This document shows positions 15,885 to 24,943 of a DNA stretch of 64,000 nucleotides, piece after piece (the stretch's first letter is position 1; each line of letters opens with the position of its first letter). Origin of the DNA: Thermoanaerobaculia bacterium (GTDB lineage Bacteria > Acidobacteriota > Thermoanaerobaculia > UBA5066). Position numbers and translations under genes: made by a program. The notes under the pieces were generated by a model. It searched no databases. It worked only from the letters and a program-made list of their open reading frames with translations, and was not told where the DNA came from. The stretch is from contig CAWEJK010000009.1 in assembly GCA_963809425.1 (NCBI GenBank), positions 77,228-141,227 on the forward strand. The letters run 5' to 3'.

Positions 15885-17660
15885 ATGCCGCGCCTCGTCC
15901 GCACGGGAATCCTCGCCGCGCTCGTCCTCCCGTTCCTCGTCTTTTCGGCGGCATCGAGCGACGCACTTCGCGAGTCGAAGGGCCTCGTTCAGGCCCTCGG
16001 CGCTTCGCTCGCGCTCCTCGGCCTCGCGCGCGGCGGTCGCCTGCCCGCGCCCGGCCGGGGCCGGGCCGCTCGCTTCGTCCTTTTCGGCCTGAGCGCGGCT
16101 CTCGCCCTCGCGCTCCTGTCGGCCGCCGCGAACGCGAACGTCGTGGACCCGCTCACGGCGGCCGCCGTTCTCTCTCCGCTCGCGCTCTTTTTCCTCGGAG
16201 CGTCGGCCGCCGGAGCCGGCGTCGCGCCTGCCGCGGTGACGGCGCTGATGGCGGCCGGAGCCTTTACGGGCGCGCTCGCCGCGCTCCAGAGGTGGGCCGG
16301 GCTGTTCCGGATGCCGCTCGACGTCCCGGAACCCCGTTTCCTGGCGGCCGGACTCATCGGAAACGCGGGAGACGTCGGCATGGCGCTCGTCCTGCCAGCG
16401 CTCCTTCTTTTCGCGACGGCGGCGACGCCAGGCGCGGCCCGAACCCGCGCCCTCGCCTCGCTCGGCCTTCTCTGCGCCCTTCTCGGCCTCCTCGCGACGG
16501 AGTCCGTCGGGCCGGCCCTCGCCTTCGGCGCGGGCGCTCTCCTCTATGTCGCGCTCGACTTGCCGAGGCGCCGACTCGCGCTCATGGCGCTCCTCGCGGC
16601 GGGCCTTCTCGCGGGAACGACAGGCGCCGGACAGCGGGCTCTCGTGAAGCTCGACCAGCTGCGCACGGGCGACGTCGCCGCGGCGACGACCCAGCGCGAC
16701 ATCGGCTTTCTCGCGGCACGGGAGATGGTTCGCGCGCGACCGGTACTCGGCGCCGGTCCGGGCGCGTTCTCGAATCGTTTCGTGCCTGCGCGCCTCGCGG
16801 CAGAGGAGCGCACCGGCAGGCGCCTCGTGCATCGGAGCGGCTCGGCCCATTTCGACAACGCCCACTGCGACCCCGTCACGCTCGCCGCCGAGGCCGGCGT
16901 GCCTGCCGCGTGCGCGGCGTGCGTGGCGGTTCTCGCGCTCTTTTCGGGTCTCTTCTCCCGCCGTCGCGAGGAAGCGGGGTCACCTTGCCCTTCGGCCGAC
17001 CTGCTTCTCGCGTCGCTACTCGGCGTCGCGTTCCTGGCCCTCGGCGACTTCCCCCTTCGGATCGCGGTCGCATCCGGACCCGCCGCGTTCCTCGCGGGTC
17101 TCGCGGTCCTGCGCATCGATCCCGGATCGGGATCGCCTCCCTCCCGCGGCACCCGCGCCGCCGTCGGGACGTGCGCGCTGCTCCTCGCCGCGCTCGCGGC
17201 CGTGCGCTCCTTCGCGACGCTCGAGCAGGCCGCCGGCGAGAGCTTCCTCCGTGACGCCGCCTCCGCTCCCCTGGAGGCCGCCCCGGAGCGCGCCGAGCTT
17301 CTCTCGGCGGCCGACGCGCGCCTGGCGCGCGCCGTGACGCTTCGTCCCCGGGCCGCGACCGCCGTCCTCGCGTGGGGCTCGGTGCAGTCTCTCAAGGGCG
17401 AGCGTGAACGCGCCTACGCGCTCTACGCGCGATCCGTGCGTCTCGAGGAGCGCGCCGAGAGCGACCTGAACCTCGGGAGGGCGGCCGCGGCGCTCGGCCG
17501 CGCGGAAGAGGCGCGGGCGCTCTTCGCGCGCTGTGTCTGGATCCAGCCCCGCCTTCTCGATGCCGTGCCCCCCGAGGAGCGGGACGCCGCCGCAGCAGCC
17601 GTCAGCAAGGCCGAGGAAGGCCTGGGGCACGGGGGACGCGTTCCACCCCTGCCGCGTTGA
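15885..17660 (+). CDS. O-antigen ligase (Wzy_C)-like polytopic membrane protein with C-terminal TPR region
   Basis: Many TM segments. GAGPGAFSNRF...HFDNAH matches an O-antigen ligase loop. TPR-like tail. Start is ATG 15885; the upstream part of the track ORF is a shadow frame. Confidence 0.8.
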   Translation: MPRLVRTGILAALVLPFLVFSAASSDALRESKGLVQALGASLALLGLARGGRLPAPGRGRAARFVLFGLSAALALALLSAAANANVVDPLTAAAVLSPLALFFLGASAAGAGVAPAAVTALMAAGAFTGALAALQRWAGLFRMPLDVPEPRFLAAGLIGNAGDVGMALVLPALLLFATAATPGAARTRALASLGLLCALLGLLATESVGPALAFGAGALLYVALDLPRRRLALMALLAAGLLAGTTGAGQRALVKLDQLRTGDVAAATTQRDIGFLAAREMVRARPVLGAGPGAFSNRFVPARLAAEERTGRRLVHRSGSAHFDNAHCDPVTLAAEAGVPAACAACVAVLALFSGLFSRRREEAGSPCPSADLLLASLLGVAFLALGDFPLRIAVASGPAAFLAGLAVLRIDPGSGSPPSRGTRAAVGTCALLLAALAAVRSFATLEQAAGESFLRDAASAPLEAAPERAELLSAADARLARAVTLRPRAATAVLAWGSVQSLKGERERAYALYARSVRLEERAESDLNLGRAAAALGRAEEARALFARCVWIQPRLLDAVPPEERDAAAAAVSKAEEGLGHGGRVPPLPR

Positions 17661-17693
17661 CGCTTTCCCGCGATGTCACGGCCCGCGCCGCGC

Positions 17694-17930
17694 TCACTTC
17701 CGTTTCGGTCCCGGTACTTTGCCGCCAGGCGACCGTCCGAACGAAACGGGAAAAAAGAAACCGCTCCCGCGATTGGATGGCCACGTACGCTCGAGCTCCG
17801 ACTCGACCTCCTCGAACCTCTTCTCCGCCTTCGAGGAGGCGGCCCGCTCCCATCCACATCGGGAGGCCGGCTCGAGATCCTCGAACGGCCGCGGGTCGTG
17901 CGCCGTCGGGGAGCTGAGAATACTTTCCAT
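17694..17930 (-). CDS. small hypothetical protein (78 aa)
   Basis: Internal ATG of track ORF 17694..17993, preceded by GAAGGAGGA 4 nt upstream. No recognisable family and an odd C-terminus. Confidence 0.3.
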   Translation of the reverse strand: MESILSSPTAHDPRPFEDLEPASRCGWERAASSKAEKRFEEVESELERTWPSNRGSGFFFPVSFGRSPGGKVPGPKRK

Positions 17931-18069
17931 CGGATCCTCCTTCGACCCGAGATCGCAACGCGTGTGCCAGCGGTTGGCGCGTTCGGGCGGCACGGAAGTT
18001 GCGCGGGCAGGCCTCCGTGTGGGGCAACGCGAGAAGTTACACGACTCTGGCGCCCTCGGGCGGCGCCTC

Positions 18070-18423
18070 TTGACCCGAGCGGCCAGGCAAGTCCTGATCG
18101 TCGACGACGAAGTCGATCTGCTCGCGACCCTGAGCGATGCGTTTGCGGATGAGGGTTACGTCGTCGAGACCGCGGTGAACGGCAGAGACGCTCTCGACAA
18201 GCTGCCGTCGATGGGTCGGCCCTGCGTCATGATCCTCGACCTTCTCATGCCCGTCATGACGGGCAACGAGCTCTACGCCGAGATGAAGGCGGACCCGCGC
18301 TTTTCGGATATCCCCGTGATCGTGTCGACATCCGATCCTTCCCGCAGTCCTCCGGGCGTTCCCGTCATGAAGAAGCCCGTCAATCTGAATTCGATGTTCG
18401 AGGCCGTCGGCCGCTTCTTCTGA
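18070..18423 (+). CDS. single-domain response regulator (CheY-like receiver)
   Basis: VLIVDDEVDL...ILDLLMPVMTGNELY...MKKP. Start is TTG 18070, with GTG 18019 as an alternative. Confidence 0.8.
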   Translation: MTRAARQVLIVDDEVDLLATLSDAFADEGYVVETAVNGRDALDKLPSMGRPCVMILDLLMPVMTGNELYAEMKADPRFSDIPVIVSTSDPSRSPPGVPVMKKPVNLNSMFEAVGRFF

Positions 18424-18499
18424 ATTGCGGGCCTGCTCGGCGACCCCCGGGTTGCCGTCGCCGCCCGGCGGCCCAGGCGCGGGCGAAAGGCGTTCATGG

Positions 18500-18906
18500 C
18501 CCGGCCTTCCGGCGCCCTGGCGCCCAGATCGCGATCGAAGCCGGGAAGGATCGAACGGAAGAAACCGTTCTCGATGAGCCTGAGCGCGATCTGCCAACCG
18601 CTCGACGCTCGTCGTCAGGCGGTCGATGTGGAGAACCGGGGGTTCGGGGTGTGCCTTCTGCCTCACGACGAGCCCCTCCAGCGCCATCGAAAGGGTGAAG
18701 AGCCGGAAATGCAGCTTCGGCAGGCGCACCTCGTATCCCTCGAGTCGATCGTTCATCCGGCGCTCGATGCTCTGCCGCAGGGGCTCGTCCACGAGGAACG
18801 ACACCACGACCACGAGAAGGACGAGAGCGAGCAGCGCGCCGCCGGCGCGCTGCACGACGCCGAGGGCATGCTTCTTCCTCGAGTCCGTCTTCGTTTCGGT
18901 CGGCAC
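18500..18906 (-). pseudogene. DUF748-like membrane-anchored protein, N-terminal fragment with undefined 3' end
   Basis: MPTETKTDSRKKHALGVVQRAGGALLALVLLVVVVSF...LEGYEVRLPKLHFRLFTLSMALEGLVV...HIDRLTTSVE. Beyond about 18600 the track ORF runs antisense through the response regulator gene. A frame change near 18595 is likely. Confidence 0.45.
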
Positions 18907-18922
18907 TTCCGCACCTGCGCCG

Positions 18923-20065
18923 TCAAGGCGACGGCGCCGGCCTCTCGCCTTTCATGACGGCGTCGACGGCGGCTTCCTGCCCTTCCGTCGTTCCGTCGGT
19001 CGCGGCGCGAAGCGACGCGTGGTCCTCGACCGCGTCGGGATGAAGATATTCGTCGAGCCAGTGTTTCTCCACGACCGGGTACGCCGCGACGAGCGGAAGG
19101 GCGAGGATCGCCCCGATCACGCCGTCCAGCATGCCGCCCGCCACGATCGCGAGCAGGACGGTCAGGGTGGACAGCCGGAGACGGTTGCCGTAGAGACGCG
19201 GGACGAGCACGTACGTCTCGAAGAGATGGTAGACGATGTAGAGGCCGAGGACGATCAGCGCGGTCGCCGGGCTGACGGTGAGAGAGATCAAGGTGGCGGC
19301 GGCCATCGCGATGAAGATCCCCGCCACGGGGACCGCGTCGCAGACGCCGGCGAACAGGGCGAGGCAAAGCGCCGCCGGCACGTGGAACGCCGTCAGGACT
19401 GCAAAGCAGAACACCGTGAACAGCGCGGACGTGACGAGCTGCCCGATCGCGTACGCTTTCACGACGCCGAAAACCTCCGGAATCATGGCCGACATCTTCC
19501 CGCGATGCCGGCGCGGCACGTAGGCGAGCAGCCACGCGACGACCGACCTCCCGTCGAGGATCAGGTAGAGGGCGAGGACGGCGACGAGGAACGAGCCCGC
19601 GACGGCCCCGACGGCCGTCGGTCCCCATCCCATCGGCCGGGAGAGCCAGGCGTCGAACTCCGGGGACCGAGGAAGATCGAGGAGCGGCAGTACCACGCGC
19701 GACGCGAGCCCGCTGCGTTCCATTTCGTGACTGATGTTCTGCCGGAGATGCGGGAAGCTCTTCCACAGAGCCGACAATTCGGTCGAGAGCGGCGGCAGCA
19801 CGAACGCCATGAAGGCGACGAGGACCGCGATCCCGACGACGGCCATCGTCGCGACCGCCCATCCCCGGCCGAGACCGATGGCCTCCATCCAATCCACGGC
19901 CGGACTCAGAGCCATCGCGAAAAGGGCGGCGATGAGGAGGACCTCGACTCCGACCCGGAGGTGAACGAGCGCCCACGCGATGAGGACCGCCGTCAGGATC
20001 TTGAGGAGCGTGACCCAGGCTACGCGGATCTCCGTCACCGCCGGTTCCGACCTGGGCAGGCGCAC
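18923..20065 (-). CDS. AI-2E family transporter (PerM/UPF0118)
   Basis: 380 aa, about 8 TM segments. GVCDAVPVAGIFIAM and LVPRLYGNRLRLSTLTVLLAIVAGG are typical of the family. Confidence 0.9.
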   Translation of the reverse strand: MRLPRSEPAVTEIRVAWVTLLKILTAVLIAWALVHLRVGVEVLLIAALFAMALSPAVDWMEAIGLGRGWAVATMAVVGIAVLVAFMAFVLPPLSTELSALWKSFPHLRQNISHEMERSGLASRVVLPLLDLPRSPEFDAWLSRPMGWGPTAVGAVAGSFLVAVLALYLILDGRSVVAWLLAYVPRRHRGKMSAMIPEVFGVVKAYAIGQLVTSALFTVFCFAVLTAFHVPAALCLALFAGVCDAVPVAGIFIAMAAATLISLTVSPATALIVLGLYIVYHLFETYVLVPRLYGNRLRLSTLTVLLAIVAGGMLDGVIGAILALPLVAAYPVVEKHWLDEYLHPDAVEDHASLRAATDGTTEGQEAAVDAVMKGERPAPSP

Positions 20066-20110
20066 GCGCTGATCGCTCAGGTCATCCGCCGGAAGCGGTA
20101 TTCACGGCGC

Positions 20111-20425
20111 TCACGATTCCCGCGTGACAAGGTGCCCGACGAGCAGCCCGATTCCGAAAGCGGCCACGGCGACGAGGGCCGTGTTGTCGTCCGCGTACGT
20201 CGTGACGCGCTCGGCAGCCTTTCCGACCTTCTTGCGCGCGGACTCCGCATAGTCGCGGGCGCGGTCGGCGACTTTCTGTGTGTCGAATCCGAATCCCTCG
20301 ACGGCCGCTTTGCCGCGCGAAACGGCGTCGTCGAAGTCCTTCTTCACTTCGTTACCGAACTTCTGGGCTTCGCGAGCCGTCTTCCGTGCCTGCTCTTCGA
20401 CGGTCGGGCTGAAAGTGTTCTCCAT
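20111..20425 (-). CDS. DUF883/ElaB-like membrane-anchored stress protein
   Basis: Start at MENTFSP, with GGAGG 7 nt upstream. Charged helical body and a C-terminal TM anchor (ALVAVAAFGIGLLVGHLV). Confidence 0.75.
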   Translation of the reverse strand: MENTFSPTVEEQARKTAREAQKFGNEVKKDFDDAVSRGKAAVEGFGFDTQKVADRARDYAESARKKVGKAAERVTTYADDNTALVAVAAFGIGLLVGHLVTRES

Positions 20426-20538
20426 TTCGAACCTCCGGGTCCAGGCGGTGCAACGGATGTGCCATCTCGTGCTCCGAAAGGCCGGGCGTCGATCTTGCAC
20501 TCCGTTCCGGGCCGGACTCTTCCGGAAGGAGTTTCAAG

Positions 20539-20835
20539 ATGGCGAAGAACGCTTTCAATCAGATCGTTTCCGCTCTCCGGGGCGGAGCCTCGGAATTCGG
20601 CAGCCGAAAAGACGACACCGTGAAGCAGGTCGCAAGCTCCGTCGGCCGCATCCTCGACGAGGCCGGAACCGAAGGCGCGAAGATCAAGAAGACGCTCGTC
20701 CGCAACTGGACCTCGCTGGAACGGCCGCGCCGCAGCCGCACCGTTCCCATCCTCTTCGGCGTGCTCGGTATGGGAATCGCCGCGGCCTACCTGCTCAGCC
20801 GCGGCGCGGCGAGTTCTCCGCCCTCGGGCGGCTGA
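20539..20835 (+). CDS. hypothetical tail-anchored membrane protein
   Basis: GGAAGGAG lies upstream of the ATG. 98 aa with a C-terminal TM segment (VPILFGVLGMGIAAAYLL). Confidence 0.55.
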   Translation: MAKNAFNQIVSALRGGASEFGSRKDDTVKQVASSVGRILDEAGTEGAKIKKTLVRNWTSLERPRRSRTVPILFGVLGMGIAAAYLLSRGAASSPPSGG

Positions 20836-22355
20836 TCCGTTCTGAGACCCCCGGGACGGCCTTCCTTCTCGAACCACGCCGTTGCCCCGAGGAGGTGGAA
20901 CGCCGCTCCGCTCGCACCCACGCCGACGCCGACGGAGAGGCCGCCCTTCCGGATCAGGAGCGCTCCCCATCTGCGGCGACGCGTTTCGCGGTAGTCGCCG
21001 GCCAGGAGGAACGTGCCCGCCTCCAGGTTCGCTTTCGAGATCGTGAGACGGCCCGGCGTGCGAACGACGCGGCCCTCCGCCTCAAGGTCGCGAAGGTCGA
21101 AGAGCCCCGCCAGCCACTTCGGCGGGCCGGGGGGCAGAAGGGCCACGAGCGGACGGCCATCCCGAAGGCGGGCGACGACCCGCGCGTCGAACGATCCGTC
21201 TCGAAGGTGGAGACGCGCGGCTGGCGTCGCGAACGTTCCGTCCCAGGACTCTCCCGCCGCGCCGTCCAGCGAGAAATCCGAGAGCGCGACGTTCGTCCCT
21301 GCGAAGGAAACAGAGCCTTCGTGAAAATCGATCGCGCGCGCCCTCACGGCCGCGCGCCCGGAGCCGCGGAAGGTCCGCCGCCCTGCGCGCGCTGTGAACC
21401 GCCGGGCGTCGGCATCGACACGCGCGCGCCCCCGCCCGCCGTCGAGCACGGCGCCGACCCGGGCGGACCCGACCCCGCCCGCGATGCGCAGGCCGTCGCC
21501 GTCGGCTGACAGGAAGTCGAGGCCCTGGAGGGTGCCGCGCACGGCGGCCATGCCGGACATCAGCTTCCACACTTCGTTGCCCGGGTAGTCCTGCGTCTCG
21601 AAACGCGGCAGCGCGGCGCGCACGGCTCCCCGGGTTTCGCGGGAGATCACCTGCTCGCCGAACCGGAGGATCCCGCCGGCGACGGAGAGTTCGCTGGGAA
21701 GAACCTCGGCCCGACGGCCCGGCAGCAGGTCGAATCCTCCCTCGAGGCGCGCCGATCCCGCCCAGCGCCAGGAGTCGATCCAGATCTCCCTGACGACGCC
21801 GACGGCAAGATCGTTCACGACGACGCGCCACGGGTTTCCCGGGTCCGCGGGAGGCGCCGGCGGGTCCCGGAGCGGCGGTTCGGCGAACCCGGCGATGCCG
21901 GGATATCGCGCGAGCCGGGCGGGTATCGCTTCGGACCGCTCGAGACGTTCCCGAAGGCGGAACGACAGGGCGTTCGCGCGCACGGAGTCCGCCCGGAAAC
22001 GGCGCCTCGGAAGATCGGACAGACGTACGCGCACCGACACTCCCTCGAGCCGTGCCTCCCATTCGATGTTCGAATCCCGGCTGCGGACGAGGAGCGTGTC
22101 GAATCGGAGGCTCCCGGGCACGAGCGATCGCGCGCCCGTGAAGGAGACGAAGAGCGCCGCGGGGTCCGAGTTGATGCGCCCCAGGAGCCAGTCCGACCGC
22201 AGGACGAGATTCGTCGCGCCGACGACGGAAACGAGCACGAAACAAAGGGTCACGAGACCGAGGGCGGCCTGACGCGGACTCGGCCGCCAGGCGCCGAAGC
22301 CCGGAGCGGGCCGCGCCCCGATACCGGCAGTCTTTTCCGGTTTCGCCAGTTTCAT
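20787..22355 (-). CDS. hypothetical membrane-anchored protein with a large extracytoplasmic domain
   Basis: Start at MKLAKPEK. One N-terminal TM segment (LGLVTLCFVLVSVVGATNLVL). About 500 aa with normal composition and no family recognised. Confidence 0.6.
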   Translation of the reverse strand: MKLAKPEKTAGIGARPAPGFGAWRPSPRQAALGLVTLCFVLVSVVGATNLVLRSDWLLGRINSDPAALFVSFTGARSLVPGSLRFDTLLVRSRDSNIEWEARLEGVSVRVRLSDLPRRRFRADSVRANALSFRLRERLERSEAIPARLARYPGIAGFAEPPLRDPPAPPADPGNPWRVVVNDLAVGVVREIWIDSWRWAGSARLEGGFDLLPGRRAEVLPSELSVAGGILRFGEQVISRETRGAVRAALPRFETQDYPGNEVWKLMSGMAAVRGTLQGLDFLSADGDGLRIAGGVGSARVGAVLDGGRGRARVDADARRFTARAGRRTFRGSGRAAVRARAIDFHEGSVSFAGTNVALSDFSLDGAAGESWDGTFATPAARLHLRDGSFDARVVARLRDGRPLVALLPPGPPKWLAGLFDLRDLEAEGRVVRTPGRLTISKANLEAGTFLLAGDYRETRRRRWGALLIRKGGLSVGVGVGASGAAFHLLGATAWFEKEGRPGGLRTDQPPEGGELAAPRLSR

Positions 22356-22358
22356 TGT

Positions 22359-22390
22359 CAGATTTCCAAGAAGACAGATCTCGGGAAGAC
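22359..22390 (+). repeat. probable copy of the AT-rich repeat family just upstream of the 20787..22355 start
   Basis: cagatttccaagaagacagatctcgggaagac. This copy is more degenerate than the others. Confidence 0.35.
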
Positions 22391-22516
22391 GCATGCCGTT
22401 CCATTCCCGGCTTTCTCCCCCGGGGATGACGCACGAAGCGAGCCAGTGCGCGGCACGCCTGTTGCGGAAGGGGTGACGCGGCATGGCAGTTGCTCAGGCC
22501 AGGCCAGGAGGAGAAC

Positions 22517-22666
22517 ATGCTTTGGACCATTTTCCTGATCCTGCTCGTACTCTGGCTTCTGGGAATGGTGACGTCCTACACGATGGGAGGGTTCATTCAC
22601 ATCCTCCTCGTCGTCGCGATCGTCGTCGTTCTCATCCAGGTCATTCAGGGCCGCAGAGTGGTGTGA
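22517..22666 (+). CDS. lmo0937-family small membrane protein (49 aa)
   Basis: Absent from the ORF track. AGGAGGAG lies upstream of the ATG. Translation is MLWTIFLILLVLWLLGMVTSYTMGGFIHILLVVAIVVVLIQVIQGRRVV*. Confidence 0.75.
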   Translation: MLWTIFLILLVLWLLGMVTSYTMGGFIHILLVVAIVVVLIQVIQGRRVV

Positions 22667-22718
22667 TCGAACGACGAGGAACGCCCCACCCCTCTTCGCG
22701 CAGGCGGGGCGTTCCTCG

Positions 22719-23102
22719 TCAGCGGCCGGACGTCGGCCGCGGCACTCGCGTGCAGTGTTTCGCCACGAGCTCGAGCAGCCGGTCGGGGTCGATCGGCTTC
22801 CGCAGCCAGCCGGCCGCGCCGATCGAACGCGCCTTTTCCGCCGCGCGGCCGTCCGCCGTGCACACGACGACCGGGATGGCGGCAAGCGCTCTGTCTTTCA
22901 ATTGCTCTTCCCGGAACTTCCAGCCATCCATCACGGGCATCGCGAAGTCGAGGAGGATGAGACCCGTCTCCCCGCCGTCCCGCAGCTTCTCGAGGGCCGC
23001 CCGTCCGTCCGGGACGGTCACCGCGGCATAGCCCTCGTCCTCCAGCAGGCTCGCGACCGCCTCGGCAATCGCTTCGTCATCCTCGACGATCAGAATTCTC
23101 AA
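22719..23102 (-). CDS. response regulator receiver protein
   Basis: MRILIVEDDEAIAE...ILLDFAMPVMDGW...LRKP. TTG start overlaps the kinase stop as TTGA. Confidence 0.9.
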   Translation of the reverse strand: MRILIVEDDEAIAEAVASLLEDEGYAAVTVPDGRAALEKLRDGGETGLILLDFAMPVMDGWKFREEQLKDRALAAIPVVVCTADGRAAEKARSIGAAGWLRKPIDPDRLLELVAKHCTRVPRPTSGR

Positions 23103-24880
23103 GGTTCCCCCGTGCGCCGCGGCAGCGTCACCTCGAACCGGGCTCCGGCTCCCGGGCGGCTCTCGACGCCGATCTTTCCCCCGTGAGCCTCGACGATCTC
23201 ACGCGTGATCCAGAGCCCGAGCCCCATTCCGGGATACGCCTTTCCCGACACGACGCGTTCGAACCGGTTGAAGATGCGCCTCTGGTCTCCGTCGTGGATT
23301 CCGATTCCATGGTCCGTCACGGTCATGACGGCGTTCTCCGCGCGCGAGGCGACGCTCAGCTCGATGGGCGCGCCGCCGCCGAATTTCATCGCGTTCGCGA
23401 CCAGGTTCGAAAGGACCTGGTCCAGCCGCAGACGGTCCCAGAACCCGATCACGCCGTCCGAGGCGCGAAGGACCAGCGTGCAGCCGGCCCGCCGGGCGCT
23501 TTCCTCGAAGCGCTCGATCACGTCGCGCGCGAGAATCCCGAGATCCACCTCGTCGAGGCTGAGATGGATAGTGCCGGTGGAGAGTCGCGACACGTCCAGG
23601 AGCTCGTCGGCGAGGCGGATGAGGCGCGCCACCTGCCTCTCGCACCGCGCCGCGAGGTCGATGGCTTTCTCGTTTCCGAGCGCGCGCATCTGGCGCGCGA
23701 GCTGATACATCGCGATGTTCAGGGCGGATAGCGGCGTCCGCATCTCGTGTCCCGCGACCGAGAGAAACGCGTCCCGCGCGTTCACGGCATCGCGCGCTTC
23801 CTCGTAGAGCCGGTTTCGTTCCGCCTCGATTCGTTTCAGCTCCGAGAGGTCGACGACGAAGGAAGCGCGAACCGGAGAACCTCCCCCCATGTCCACGTTC
23901 GTCGCGCCGAAGAGGACGGGGACGCGCGTTCCGTCCGCGCGGAGAAGCTCCTTCTGGTACGGGCGGCAGGTGCCGTTCTCCCTGAGCTCCTTCTCGCAGA
24001 TATCGTCCAGTGCCCTGAATTCGGGCGCCGTGAAGCCGAAGAGCTCGTGCTGGCCCGGTTTCCAATCCTCGCGTTCGATTCCGAGCATCGACAGGAAGGC
24101 CCCGTTCGCGTCCGTGACGCGGGCACCCTGGGAGAACAGGACGCCGATCAGGTTCGCGTCGATGAGATGGCGGATGCGCGCCTCGCGCTCGCGGATCGTC
24201 GCCTCGGAGCGGTTTCGCTGCGCAAGGTCCGTCCGGATCAGATGCCAGATGAGGATCAGGAACGCGAAGAGCAGCCCGCAGCCGATCGCGAGCGTCGTGA
24301 GAAGAGAGCGCGCCGTCTGGCCCGAACGCCGGTCACGGGACGCGAGCACGGCGCGTTCCGCGCTCCTCATTTCCGCGACGGTCTGCCGGAGCGCGTCCAT
24401 CGTCTCGCGTCCGGCGCTGTTCCGGATGAACGCGCGGACTTCGTCCTGGCGGCCGATTCGCGCCATCTCGATGGAGCGCGCGAGCTGCGACAGCCGGTCC
24501 TCGGCGAGACTTCGAAGCCGTGCCGCCCGGACGAGCTCCGCCGGGTTGTCCGTGAGCGTGGCGATGCGCGCGAGACGGCGCGGAAGCTCGACGATCGCCG
24601 CCTGGTAGGGTCCGAGGTAGGCCTCGTCTCCGGTCAGGAGAAACCCCCGCTGACCCGTCTCCGCGTCCTTGACCGCGGAGAACGCGCCTTCGATCTCCCC
24701 GATGACATCCTTGCTGTGGTCCACCCACCGCGCGTCGTCTATCAGCTGCTCCGTGTTCAGCCACGTCACCGCGACGAGAACCAGGAGGGCCCCGAACGTC
24801 ACGCCGATGGCGACCGAGAGTCGGGAGCTCATCCCCGGCGGCCGCCATCTCCGAATGCTCCCCGTGATGTCTCGAACCAT
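23099..24880 (-). CDS. CHASE3-PAS sensor histidine kinase
   Basis: CHASE3 segment (VKDAETGQRGFLLTGDEAYLGPY), TM segment, PAS domain, H-box FLSVAGHEMRTPL, and HATPase N/G boxes. Confidence 0.9.
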   Translation of the reverse strand: MVRDITGSIRRWRPPGMSSRLSVAIGVTFGALLVLVAVTWLNTEQLIDDARWVDHSKDVIGEIEGAFSAVKDAETGQRGFLLTGDEAYLGPYQAAIVELPRRLARIATLTDNPAELVRAARLRSLAEDRLSQLARSIEMARIGRQDEVRAFIRNSAGRETMDALRQTVAEMRSAERAVLASRDRRSGQTARSLLTTLAIGCGLLFAFLILIWHLIRTDLAQRNRSEATIREREARIRHLIDANLIGVLFSQGARVTDANGAFLSMLGIEREDWKPGQHELFGFTAPEFRALDDICEKELRENGTCRPYQKELLRADGTRVPVLFGATNVDMGGGSPVRASFVVDLSELKRIEAERNRLYEEARDAVNARDAFLSVAGHEMRTPLSALNIAMYQLARQMRALGNEKAIDLAARCERQVARLIRLADELLDVSRLSTGTIHLSLDEVDLGILARDVIERFEESARRAGCTLVLRASDGVIGFWDRLRLDQVLSNLVANAMKFGGGAPIELSVASRAENAVMTVTDHGIGIHDGDQRRIFNRFERVVSGKAYPGMGLGLWITREIVEAHGGKIGVESRPGAGARFEVTLPRRTGEP

Positions 24881-24943
24881 AACCCTCGTCTGGACGCGGC
24901 CCGCGGGTGCAGGGGCCGTGCCAGCAGTTATTTCAGGCCGGCA

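Noticed and set aside
17661-18018. A tRNA or small RNA gene in the intergenic gap of about 360-410 nt after the O-antigen ligase-like gene (depending on which response-regulator start is used).
   Set aside because: No cloverleaf-compatible stems or conserved T-loop/D-loop motifs are present. Only a weak 4-bp hairpin near an A/T run was found. The only candidate feature is the low-confidence 78-aa ORF.
20515-20560. A possible additional repeat copy (ggagtttcaagatggcgaagaacg) spanning the RBS and start of the 20539 gene.
   Set aside because: Similarity is limited and interrupted. It is explained equally well by an ordinary Shine-Dalgarno sequence plus a Lys/Asn-rich N-terminus.
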